In this document: piece by piece, positions 8,490 through 16,351 of the stretch
Position numbering within the stretch: position 1 is the stretch's first letter
Layout of the letters: each line of letters starts with the position of its first letter
From: an uncultured Candidatus Saccharibacteria bacterium
GTDB taxonomy: Bacteria; Patescibacteriota; Minisyncoccia; Phycocordibacterales; UBA9973
Assembly (NCBI GenBank): GCA_964408725.1
Contig: CAYPAN010000002.1
Coordinates: 1 to 38,730 of the forward strand
Direction of reading: 5' to 3'
DNA length: 38,730 bases
Position numbers and translations under genes: made by a program
The notes under the pieces: generated by a model
What the model saw: the letters and a program-made list of their open reading frames with translations, nothing else
Told to the model about the DNA's origin: nothing
Database searches by the model: none

Positions 8490-9854
8490 TTAAAAAGTAA
8501 GCAAGACACTCTCTCCTTCTTTGGGAGCAGACGCATCAAGTCCCAGATTATCTTTAATCCTTTGCACTAAAAACATTTCTGATTTTGGCTCACCCATAAC
8601 CACAAAAATTTTTTTGACTGTGTCTTCCGTATCTTCCACAAAATGAAACAACCCATCTGCATCTTTATGCCCTGAATATCCTAAAATAGTCGCCACGTGG
8701 GCTTTTACATCCACGTCCTCACCGTTGATACGCACTTTTTTTGCTCCTTCTTCTATCATACGCCCCAAAGTACCCGGAGATTGATACCCGGTCAAAAGAA
8801 TAGTATTGTTTGGGTCAGGCAAATAATGCTTCTCATGATGCACTATGCGTCCTCCGGAAGACATACCCGAGCCGGCAATAACTATCTTTGGATTAGGTGC
8901 ATCGTTTATCAATTTTGATTCCTCCGACTGTAGGGTGGAATGAAGCCCAGGGAAATCAAACAAATACTTGTCTTTGGACAATACTTTTTGGGCATTCTCA
9001 TTGAAATACTCCCTGAACTGTTTAAAAATTTCAGTCAAACGTATAGCAAGAGGAGAATCAAAAAAAATGGGCATCACAGGTATGCGGCTATTCTCTACCA
9101 AATTATTAAGCTCAAACAGAAGTTCCTGTGAACGTTCTAGTGAAAAGGTGGGTATGATTAATGTCCCCTTTCTTTTATAATTATCTTCTATCACTTCTTC
9201 CAAGAGTTTCCTGCGGTCATTTCTGGATTCGTGATTCCTGTCTCCGTAGACGGATTCCATAATTAAATAATAAGCATCCGTTATTTTTTCAGTATCCGGC
9301 AGTAATGGCGACGGTGAATTACCCAAGTCACCGGTAAAAATAATTTTTTTGCCGTTGTAAATAAACTCAACTATAGCTGAGCCCAAAATATGCCCGGCAT
9401 CTCTGAAAAAAACTTCCAGGTTAGAAGTTATGTTTATTTTTTGGTGGTAATCAAAACCAGTCCAGTTTAAAAAAGATTTTTTTATATTTTCTTCAGAATA
9501 TATTTTATCCAGATTAAATTGTTTATTTTTGGATAGAATGCTGGCAGTGTCTTCAAGCATCGGACCCGTAAGGGCACGAGTGGGTCTGGTGGAGTAAATT
9601 TTTCCGTTAAAACCTTCGCTTATTAGTTTCGGAATCTTGCCGATATGGTCCACATGGGCATGGGTTATAAAAAGGATATCTATTTCTTTCGGGTTATAAA
9701 TAAAAGGCAGCCAGTTAACATCATCCGCTATTTCCTTGCCTTGAGTAAGACCGCAATCAACCAATATCTTTTTACCATCAATTTCCAGAAGAAAATTGGC
9801 GCCTGTGACCGAGCCCGCTCCGCCACAAAATGTTATTTTAGCAGTATTTGACAT
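8490..9854 (-). CDS. Metallo-beta-lactamase fold beta-CASP nuclease (CPSF73 / RNase J-like)
   Basis: MBL motifs HAHVDH, DAGHILGS and TGDLG, plus beta-CASP motifs ESVYGDRNH, IVHH and GYSGHKD. Confidence 0.85.
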   Translation of the reverse strand: MSNTAKITFCGGAGSVTGANFLLEIDGKKILVDCGLTQGKEIADDVNWLPFIYNPKEIDILFITHAHVDHIGKIPKLISEGFNGKIYSTRPTRALTGPMLEDTASILSKNKQFNLDKIYSEENIKKSFLNWTGFDYHQKINITSNLEVFFRDAGHILGSAIVEFIYNGKKIIFTGDLGNSPSPLLPDTEKITDAYYLIMESVYGDRNHESRNDRRKLLEEVIEDNYKRKGTLIIPTFSLERSQELLFELNNLVENSRIPVMPIFFDSPLAIRLTEIFKQFREYFNENAQKVLSKDKYLFDFPGLHSTLQSEESKLINDAPNPKIVIAGSGMSSGGRIVHHEKHYLPDPNNTILLTGYQSPGTLGRMIEEGAKKVRINGEDVDVKAHVATILGYSGHKDADGLFHFVEDTEDTVKKIFVVMGEPKSEMFLVQRIKDNLGLDASAPKEGESVLLTF

Positions 9855-9858
9855 TACT

Positions 9859-10257
9859 TTATTGTACTATGTTTTCTTTAATATATATAGTTCGCCTGAT
9901 AAAATATAATATAGCAAATAGTCCGCCGGCAAGGTCAAAACATATATCGGAGAGAGTATCTAAGGAATTAAAAGGGTCTTGAATCGTAAATTTATTAACC
10001 AGAATTTCAAATAATTCCCAGCCTACTCCAACAAGTAACACGATAAAAAATATTTTAAAAATTGACTTAAGAGAATAATCTTTGAGCGGAAATAAATAAA
10101 TAGCGGAAAGACCGAGCCAGACTCCACCCAAGAAATGCATCGGCATATCAAAGTACCAAATTGACGAATACCAATAAAACCTCATTGCTAAATAATTCAG
10201 TATAAATATGAAGAAAATAAGCAAAACCAAACGTGTTAAAAGTTTCTTGGAATCCAT
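9859..10257 (-). CDS. Hypothetical integral membrane protein (about 4 TM, 132 aa)
   Basis: Four hydrophobic segments with conserved-looking polar residues (DMPMHFLGG, WELFE, DTLSD..D). Family not recognised. First gene of the 3-gene operon that ends at the 7833-7858 terminator. Confidence 0.6.
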   Translation of the reverse strand: MDSKKLLTRLVLLIFFIFILNYLAMRFYWYSSIWYFDMPMHFLGGVWLGLSAIYLFPLKDYSLKSIFKIFFIVLLVGVGWELFEILVNKFTIQDPFNSLDTLSDICFDLAGGLFAILYFIRRTIYIKENIVQ

Positions 10258-10263
10258 ATAAGC

Positions 10264-10269
10264 ATTATA
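10264..10269 (-). promoter_or_regulatory. Perfect TATAAT hexamer 6 nt upstream of the ATG of the 4-TM protein gene
   Basis: Minus strand reads TATAATgcttatATG. No good -35 was seen. Confidence 0.3.
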
Positions 10270-10280
10270 CGCTTTTCAAG

Positions 10281-10305
10281 AAAAAATCTCCGCCCTAGGT
10301 GGAGA
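10281..10305 (-). terminator. Intrinsic terminator closing the candidate RNA unit
   Basis: Minus strand reads tctccacc-tag-ggcggaga (7 bp with one mismatch), followed by TTTTTT. Confidence 0.6.
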
Positions 10306-10440
10306 AACTTTCTTAGGGTTATTTCCGATGTATTACCATAGCTTAAAGCTAAGTGGGTACCAGACGTGTGAGACCAAGGTCAAACTCGATCGAGGCTCCC
10401 ATAAAATAGTGTTCTAGGTAATAATCGGAAATAACCCTAC
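10281..10440 (-). ncRNA. Candidate structured RNA of unassigned family (stand-alone sRNA, or a leader of the downstream operon)
   Basis: A perfect 16-bp helix (10314-10329 with 10424-10439) is extended by a 7-bp helix (10331-10337 / 10417-10423) and a 3-bp helix (10339-10341 / 10414-10416), giving about 26 bp. This encloses a roughly 70-nt interior with small hairpins. It is flanked by a promoter (10445-10472) and a terminator (10281-10305) on the minus strand. Confidence 0.5.
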
Positions 10441-10444
10441 TAAA

Positions 10445-10472
10445 AGTATAGCAAAGGCTATAGTGTTAGCAA
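10445..10472 (-). promoter_or_regulatory. Candidate promoter of the structured RNA
   Basis: Minus strand reads TTGCTA (10472-10467), a 16-nt spacer ending in TGc, then TATACT (10450-10445). The predicted TSS falls at the first base pairs of the long helix. Confidence 0.55.
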
Positions 10473-10502
10473 CTGGACGAAACTTTTTTTTCGTTTTTGA
10501 AT

Positions 10503-11087
10503 TTATTCATCCACTCCGAAACGTTTATATTCGAAAGTTTTTGCGTTGCCGAACCAATGTTTAATCTCATGTTCTGCTTCTTCGGGAGTTTCGGAACAGT
10601 GCACTATATTCATTACCGCTCTTTTCTCTTTATTGGCAAGCGCAGGAGAATCTATTGAAAAATCTCCGCGAATCGTGCCCATATCCGCCTTGTAAGGCAT
10701 AGTCTCACCGGCAATTTTTCGTACTACGTCCACCGAGTGTACACCCTGCACAATCATCTTCACCAACGGAGCGCTCATCATATAATTCACCAGCCATTTA
10801 CGTATATCCGGACCGATTTTATGAGCTTCCATGGTGCCAAAATCAGCCATAGCATCATATCCATATTTCTCATAAGTGCTCAATGTCTTATGCCCAAGTC
10901 TGGTAATCCACTCTTCATTTTTCGGATAATGGTTATCAATCTCTTCATAAGTCGGTTGAAACATCTCAAGTGCCACGATTTTCAAATCACGTTGCTCAAA
11001 ACGCTTTATAATCTCACCCGTGAGGCCTTTGCGGACTCCGTCCGGCTTTATCATCACGTATGTCTGTTCTTCTTTTGGATGTTTCAT
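10503..11087 (-). CDS. ndk: Nucleoside-diphosphate kinase, long variant with an internal insertion
   Basis: The translation has YVMIKPDGV, TIRGDF and NIVHCSE (catalytic His context). At 194 aa it exceeds the usual roughly 140-150 aa, owing to an insertion after the HY motif. Confidence 0.85.
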   Translation of the reverse strand: MKHPKEEQTYVMIKPDGVRKGLTGEIIKRFEQRDLKIVALEMFQPTYEEIDNHYPKNEEWITRLGHKTLSTYEKYGYDAMADFGTMEAHKIGPDIRKWLVNYMMSAPLVKMIVQGVHSVDVVRKIAGETMPYKADMGTIRGDFSIDSPALANKEKRAVMNIVHCSETPEEAEHEIKHWFGNAKTFEYKRFGVDE

Positions 11088-11092
11088 AATTT

Positions 11093-11419
11093 TTATATTA
11101 AATTAATAATCTTTTCAATTTCTTTTTTTATAAGTTCTATCTTATCCCTAAAATTTTGTTCTGCTATCTCTTTGGTTCTTTCTTCATCTTCGGTACTAAG
11201 CTTGCTATCAATTTTTTTCTTTGCCAATGACGCCAAACCATCCTTATATACCGAAAGCGCAGCGTTGAATTTTATATCTATCCTCTCTGCTATACTATCT
11301 GACAATGTCTCCTCAAGAACCCTAAGATCGTTTCTTAACGATGCTTCAAGCCAATTCTCGGGCTTTTTAGGACCAGGCTGGCGAGAAATATTATTCTCTA
11401 AATCGTTCATATACAACAT
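11093..11419 (-). CDS. Hypothetical coiled-coil protein (about 108 aa from ATG 11419; the ORF is open from GTG 11461)
   Basis: Charged, heptad-like sequence (KIDSKLSTEDEERTKEIAEQNFRDKIELIKKEIEKIINLI). No family recognised. Sits immediately downstream of the 919-aa ATPase. Confidence 0.45.
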   Translation of the reverse strand: MLYMNDLENNISRQPGPKKPENWLEASLRNDLRVLEETLSDSIAERIDIKFNAALSVYKDGLASLAKKKIDSKLSTEDEERTKEIAEQNFRDKIELIKKEIEKIINLI

Positions 11420-11467
11420 ACTAACAGAAAAAAAAACTTTTGCAAAATAACAACTATGCACTAAAAA

Positions 11468-14227
11468 CTACTCCATTGTTTTATATCTTCCCATAATTTC
11501 CGCTTCCACTTCGGCGCGGTCGCGACCATACTTCATATATGAAAGTTGTTTCAAGCTGTCCACAATTTCTTTATTACCCTCTTCCGGCGGCAATGTTTTT
11601 ATATTAAAAGGTTTTATCGGCTGGCCATTTACTAACATACTCATATAGGCATTGTAATTATCCAATTTAGTTATATCAGCCGCATTGAATATAGGTTTGA
11701 ATTTAGGCTCCAGAAAAGCGGCGTCTTCAGTGCCCACGCGGAACACCGCCATTGAACCGACGTTTCCGAAAACTGCATTTTTTATATTTTCTTCCAATTG
11801 GGTGATATATTGATGGGCAATGTTTAAAGACAGTCTGTATTTTCTGGCTTCGGAAAGAATGGAGGCAATAGAATCAGTCGTGACATTTTGGAATTCATCT
11901 ATATACAGATAAAAATCGTTTATGGGTTTACCAAACATATCCACGCGCGAGAGCGCCGCCATTTGTATCTTGCCCACCAGCACAAGACCGATTAAATTCG
12001 CGTTGATATCACCCAATCTGCCCTTTGAAAGGTTCACCAGCAGAATTTTTTTCTCGTCCATTATCTTCCTGAAATTGAAAACGGAATTTTGCTGCAGCAC
12101 TACCGGGCGCATAATATCGTTACTGATAAAATTATCGAATTTTGAAGAAATATACGGCACGAAGTTCGCCAGGGATTGGTCGCCGGTAGTTTGTTCAGCT
12201 GAAACCCAAAATTGCTTGATAATGGGGTTCTTACAGCGGGCCAATTTCATATCGCGGAATTCTTTATCCGCCAAAACTCTGGTGATTTCAAGTAAGGTTG
12301 ACCCTGATTCCGGGTCTTCCATCACGAGAAATGCGGAGTTTCTAAAGTATTGTTCAAACATTGCCCCGCCTCCGATTTTCATATCAAAAAGTTTGTTAAA
12401 GATACCCATCATCTCGTTGACCACAAAAGTTTTCTGCTCCGGATATTTCGGGTCGTATTCCAGCATATTGAGTCCCATCGGCCGCATAGTGTAAGCCGGG
12501 TCAAAATATATCACATCATCCACACGCTCTTTAGGAATGCGCGATAAAATGGTCTGAATATCCGTGCCGTGCGGGTCAATATAACAGCAGCCGTCGCCAT
12601 TCCTTATATCCTGGGTAATCATATTGAGCATAATATTAGTCTTACCCGTTCCAGTCTGACCAATGACATAAAAATGTCTCATACGGTCTTCGCGCGACAT
12701 ATGAATCATAGTATCTTTCCCTCTATAACTATTTACTCCCAAAATTATTCCCTCCTGCCCAACTTCTATCGGGACCGGGGCAATGCCTGCTTTGGCTTCT
12801 TTCAATTGCGGCTGGCTGCCGATTCCCACCGGGAAATGAAACACGGAAGAAAGCTCTTTTAAGTTCATTGGCAAAATTCTATCGTTTGAAAATATCCTGT
12901 AAGAAAAGTCGTGAAAAAGTTTTTTTAAGTCACTGCCATAAACCTTTTCAAAAACAAAAGAGTTGCTGGCAGATTCGGTAAACTGATTAAAAGAAGACTC
13001 TATTTCGCTTAAAATATCCTCCGCCCTTTCTTTTGTTAAAGCGGAAGTAATGACGCGGATGTTGGCTTTCATAATAGTGCTTTTCATCTTATTGCCTATT
13101 TTCTCCACTGCTCCTTCATCCACTGCTGTTCTGCCTTTTGTGTATTTCTCTTTGGTTTCTTCTTTCTTCTTGGCGCCAAAAATAAATTCTTTGGAGGCTT
13201 TCAAAAACGCCCTGTTGAATTTATAAAAATTATCCGCCGCATTTTTAACCGACATTCCGTTCTTAACATCGTCCAAAATCAGATGGAATTCATCGATAAA
13301 CTTCGTGCCAGCCGGAGCTACGACAAGCTGAATGGCCGCGCCCTCTCCTTTCGTTTTTAGCTTGGAAAAAACATTCAATATTATATTCATAGGGTCATGC
13401 TCAATATTGTCGTAGGTCTTAATAGGTAATACAGAACGCTCGGAAAAAGTCGCATAAGCGCCGGCCGAACCGCCCAATTCATTGAAAACATTATAGTCGT
13501 CTTCCACTTCGTGAACTTTCGCATCGTGATAAAAAGAAAGCACTTGTTTTTCAAAAAGTGAGATATGTTTGTTGGGCACCGCGGCGAAAATAATCACTTC
13601 ATCGGAATCATTTGAGAGCGCCACTTCCAGGGCAAAATAATTTTCTTTTTCATTATTTTCTCCTTCCGATATTGACTGCATACCGGCGTAAAATTGCTCC
13701 ATCGCGCCGATAAATTCTTTAAAACCTTTCTGTTTATCGGCCTCTTCCTGCGGCGGGGGAAGAGTTATTTCAAAAAGAGTCATATTGAAAGATTTGTAAA
13801 GAGGCGTTCCTTCTTTAAGGTCAAATATCTTTCCAGTTTTTAGATATTGAATCAGCACCCTGTGAAAGTCATCATCTATGTGCGGATTCCCCATTGCTTC
13901 CACCACGGACAATGCGTTACGAATTCCCTTGGTGACCACGACGCCCAAAAGTTCTTCCATTACTTTATCGTGCGCTTCGGGTTTTAATCTTAAAACAATG
14001 GCCTCGGATTCGTTTTTAGTTATAAGGTTATTCTTGTGTATAACCTCTTCCAAAGGCTTTTCTTTATATTCTTTTATAATTCCACTAGCCGCATTCTCTT
14101 GGGCATGTTCAAAATGTCCGGCGTTTATGAGTTCCGATTCCCGCTTGGCGACATGAGCGCGCAAATAATCCAGCTCCTCCTCCGGAGTCTTGAATTTTGG
14201 CATCTCATTTAAAAATGACCCTTCCAT
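11468..14227 (-). CDS. Large soluble P-loop NTPase, type IV coupling protein-like (VirD4/TraD/TraG, FtsK-HerA superfamily), with an uncharacterised N-terminal region of about 500 aa
   Basis: The C-terminal half has Walker A GQTGTGKT, Walker B LYIDEFQN, and ARKYRLSLNIAHQ. No hydrophobic TM segment is evident, and the N-terminal half has no motif I recognise. Confidence 0.6.
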   Translation of the reverse strand: MEGSFLNEMPKFKTPEEELDYLRAHVAKRESELINAGHFEHAQENAASGIIKEYKEKPLEEVIHKNNLITKNESEAIVLRLKPEAHDKVMEELLGVVVTKGIRNALSVVEAMGNPHIDDDFHRVLIQYLKTGKIFDLKEGTPLYKSFNMTLFEITLPPPQEEADKQKGFKEFIGAMEQFYAGMQSISEGENNEKENYFALEVALSNDSDEVIIFAAVPNKHISLFEKQVLSFYHDAKVHEVEDDYNVFNELGGSAGAYATFSERSVLPIKTYDNIEHDPMNIILNVFSKLKTKGEGAAIQLVVAPAGTKFIDEFHLILDDVKNGMSVKNAADNFYKFNRAFLKASKEFIFGAKKKEETKEKYTKGRTAVDEGAVEKIGNKMKSTIMKANIRVITSALTKERAEDILSEIESSFNQFTESASNSFVFEKVYGSDLKKLFHDFSYRIFSNDRILPMNLKELSSVFHFPVGIGSQPQLKEAKAGIAPVPIEVGQEGIILGVNSYRGKDTMIHMSREDRMRHFYVIGQTGTGKTNIMLNMITQDIRNGDGCCYIDPHGTDIQTILSRIPKERVDDVIYFDPAYTMRPMGLNMLEYDPKYPEQKTFVVNEMMGIFNKLFDMKIGGGAMFEQYFRNSAFLVMEDPESGSTLLEITRVLADKEFRDMKLARCKNPIIKQFWVSAEQTTGDQSLANFVPYISSKFDNFISNDIMRPVVLQQNSVFNFRKIMDEKKILLVNLSKGRLGDINANLIGLVLVGKIQMAALSRVDMFGKPINDFYLYIDEFQNVTTDSIASILSEARKYRLSLNIAHQYITQLEENIKNAVFGNVGSMAVFRVGTEDAAFLEPKFKPIFNAADITKLDNYNAYMSMLVNGQPIKPFNIKTLPPEEGNKEIVDSLKQLSYMKYGRDRAEVEAEIMGRYKTME

Positions 14228-14249
14228 TATTCTTATTATATAACAAAAA

Positions 14250-15017
14250 TTAGATTTGAGTTAGTATTTCCGGTTCACCGTCAGTAATTAAAATAGTGTG
14301 TTCAAAATGCGCGCTTCTTTTACCGTCAGCCGTACGGAATGTCCATCCATCTTTATCCAAAATCACATTTTTTGTGCCATTGTTGAGCATCGGTTCTATT
14401 GCTATGACCATCCCTGGCGTAAGCTTTGCTCCAGTATTGGCTTTCCCAAAATTCGGGACATAAGGGTCTTCATGTATATATTTCCCCACACCATGCCCAG
14501 CCAAAATTTCCACAATGCCATATCTGTGCGGACGGACAAAGCTCTCTATAGCATTTCCGATGTCTCCTATCCTATTCCCGTTTTGCGCGACATTTATACC
14601 AACCTTCAAAGCACCCTCCGTCACTTTCATAAGTTTGGTGGATGAAGCGCTCACCTGCCCCACCCCCACGGTAATAGCCATATCGGTAAAAAGATTTTTA
14701 TGTTTTATCCCCAAATCAAGAGAAACGATGTCGCCAATTTGCAGTATTTTATTTTTGTTTGGAATGCCGTGAACTACTTCATTATTAACCGAAACGCATA
14801 AAGAAGCCGGGTAAGGTGTTTCGGCTCCCTCCGGACGGTAATTTAAAAATGCCGGTTCATCACCCATATCCCTTATTAATTTTTCCGTGTATTTATCGAG
14901 TTCCCAAGTTGAAATCCCCGGTTTTACCATTTCCTTGACCTTATACAAAACAGTGGCCAGCCTCTTGCCTCCTTCCCTCAATATTTTTATTTCCTCTGGT
15001 GTTTTAATGATTATCAT
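14250..15017 (-). CDS. map: Type I methionine aminopeptidase
   Basis: The translation has a pita-bread fold pattern and metal ligands (DIVSLDLG, GHGVG, EPM, FEHT). Confidence 0.93.
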   Translation of the reverse strand: MIIIKTPEEIKILREGGKRLATVLYKVKEMVKPGISTWELDKYTEKLIRDMGDEPAFLNYRPEGAETPYPASLCVSVNNEVVHGIPNKNKILQIGDIVSLDLGIKHKNLFTDMAITVGVGQVSASSTKLMKVTEGALKVGINVAQNGNRIGDIGNAIESFVRPHRYGIVEILAGHGVGKYIHEDPYVPNFGKANTGAKLTPGMVIAIEPMLNNGTKNVILDKDGWTFRTADGKRSAHFEHTILITDGEPEILTQI

Positions 15018-15018
15018 T

Positions 15019-15699
15019 TTAAGAAATAACCGTGCCTTGGAATGTTTTGTTATTCAGATAATTTTTTAAATTTTCTATGTTTTTGCCGTTCATTATTGCG
15101 ACTTCTATGCCCAAAGATTCGGCTTTTTCTGCGGCCATGGGGTCAAAAGGCGAATTAAGACCCGAACTCCATTCCTTCGGAAGGATAGAGCGGAAATCCG
15201 CCCAAGAACTTTTTATTATTATTTTCGCATCATTGTATTTTTTCGGGTCTTTATCATAGACATATTCTATATTTGAAAGATTAATTACCTTTTTGGCGCC
15301 CAACTGTTCAGCCATCATAACTGCATCATAATCAGTACTCCAACCCGGTTTCCATCCGGCACCGATTATTACGGATTTGGAAGAAGATGGTAAAACCGAC
15401 GGATCCAGCACAATTTCACTGGATGCGTATTCTCCGAATGACATCCTAATAAGCTCCGCATTCAGACGGGTGGTGTAGATACCTATCCAATCAAGGTCAG
15501 TAGTGGTGGCGTTTATCGTTTTACTTAATGTATCCTGGTAATTCCTGCAAATCTTTCCTCCGCCGACTATTATTACAAAACGTTTACCTTTCCTTACTTC
15601 CTTCAATATAAAAGACTTGAAAACATTTATAAAATCTGGGTCTGGCAAATTGGGCACAACTATAGAACCACCGAGTGAAATAACAATTGTTTCTTGCAT
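15019..15699 (-). CDS. pyrH: UMP kinase, archaeal-type (amino-acid kinase fold)
   Basis: At 226 aa, the translation (VISLGGSIVVP..PD.DFI, VIIVGGGK) aligns by eye with archaeal PyrH rather than the bacterial roughly 240-aa type. Confidence 0.7.
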   Translation of the reverse strand: MQETIVISLGGSIVVPNLPDPDFINVFKSFILKEVRKGKRFVIIVGGGKICRNYQDTLSKTINATTTDLDWIGIYTTRLNAELIRMSFGEYASSEIVLDPSVLPSSSKSVIIGAGWKPGWSTDYDAVMMAEQLGAKKVINLSNIEYVYDKDPKKYNDAKIIIKSSWADFRSILPKEWSSGLNSPFDPMAAEKAESLGIEVAIMNGKNIENLKNYLNNKTFQGTVIS

Positions 15700-15704
15700 A
15701 TTAA

Positions 15705-16292
15705 TTAATATCCCAGAGCTTTGATAATATCTTTATTAACATCTTCCTTACTTTGTTCGCCATTTATGGTGTATATCGTATAACCTGCTTTTCCTTTAAA
15801 ATAATTCATAGCCGGAATCACATTGTTTTTATATTCTTCAATTCTCTTTGTAATTCCATCCTTCGTATCATCCTGTCTGCCACGCAACAAATTGCGTCTG
15901 GTGGCTTCCTCCTCGCTAATGTTAATATAAATTATTTTTGTATTTTCCCTCTTGTAAAATTTCAACATATCTTCTAAAACCCTAGACTGTATAACCGTCC
16001 TGGGGTATCCGTCGGTGGCCAGATGTTTTTCGGGGGTCAAAGAGGAAATTAAAATATTCGCGACAATTGCGTTGGTTAAAAAATCATCAATAAGCCTACC
16101 GTTCGCCATCAAATCTTTGATTAAGCTGGCAGTAAAACCGCCCGACTCCAGCAATTTTCTAAATCCCTCGCCTGTGCCGGCATATACACACTCTCTGCCG
16201 TCTTTGGCTTTCAAAAAATCCATCAGAAACTTCACCTGAGTCCCCTTACCAGAACCTATTATTCCAAAAAACACGAAAGTCTGCGGTTGCAT
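15705..16292 (-). CDS. adk: Adenylate kinase (short-lid form)
   Basis: P-loop GIIGSGKGTQ, DGYPRT, and RGRQDD in the lid region. It occupies the conserved position after secY. Confidence 0.88.
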   Translation of the reverse strand: MQPQTFVFFGIIGSGKGTQVKFLMDFLKAKDGRECVYAGTGEGFRKLLESGGFTASLIKDLMANGRLIDDFLTNAIVANILISSLTPEKHLATDGYPRTVIQSRVLEDMLKFYKRENTKIIYINISEEEATRRNLLRGRQDDTKDGITKRIEEYKNNVIPAMNYFKGKAGYTIYTINGEQSKEDVNKDIIKALGY

Positions 16293-16298
16293 AACTTA

Positions 16299-16327
16299 AG
16301 AATACAAAATTTAGACTTAAAAAACAA
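16299..16327 (-). promoter_or_regulatory. Candidate promoter for adk, with its -10 lying 6 nt from the ATG
   Basis: Minus strand reads TTGTTT, a 17-nt spacer, TATTCT, then taagttATG. Confidence 0.35.
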
Positions 16328-16336
16328 GCCCTTATA

Positions 16337-16345
16337 TGCTATATT
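16337..16345 (+). promoter_or_regulatory. Extended -10 element (TGcTATATT) 6 nt upstream of the GTG start of the cmk-like gene
   Basis: Plus strand reads aTGcTATATTaaatagGTG. Confidence 0.35.
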
Positions 16346-16351
16346 AAATAG

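Noticed and set aside
10281-10440. I considered whether the structured RNA is the SRP (4.5S/ffs) RNA.
   Set aside because: Neither strand contains the near-universal helix-8 signature: a GNRA tetraloop closed by a short stem, followed by GGAAGCAGC / AGCA symmetric-loop sequences. The plus strand has only a loose resemblance (ACCAG...GGUCAAAC). Only a covariance-model search can settle this.
10475-10498. An A/T-only hairpin (acgaaa-ctttt-tttcgt) followed by a T-run on the plus strand might be a plus-strand terminator, implying a plus-strand RNA.
   Set aside because: The stem is only 6 bp, only two of them G-C, and very weak. I found no plus-strand promoter upstream. The minus strand has both a good promoter and a better terminator.
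10737-11450. There is a 237-aa ORF on the plus strand. Similar long antisense ORFs occur at 3194-3685, 11922-12494, 31929-32387, 33191-33760 and 34607-35080.
   Set aside because: All lie entirely antisense to confidently identified genes (ndk and the hypothetical ORF, ftsH, the ATPase, pyrC, fusA). Their translations are low-complexity, Ser/Phe/Leu/Ile-rich, with no motifs. These are shadow ORFs typical of AT-rich coding DNA.
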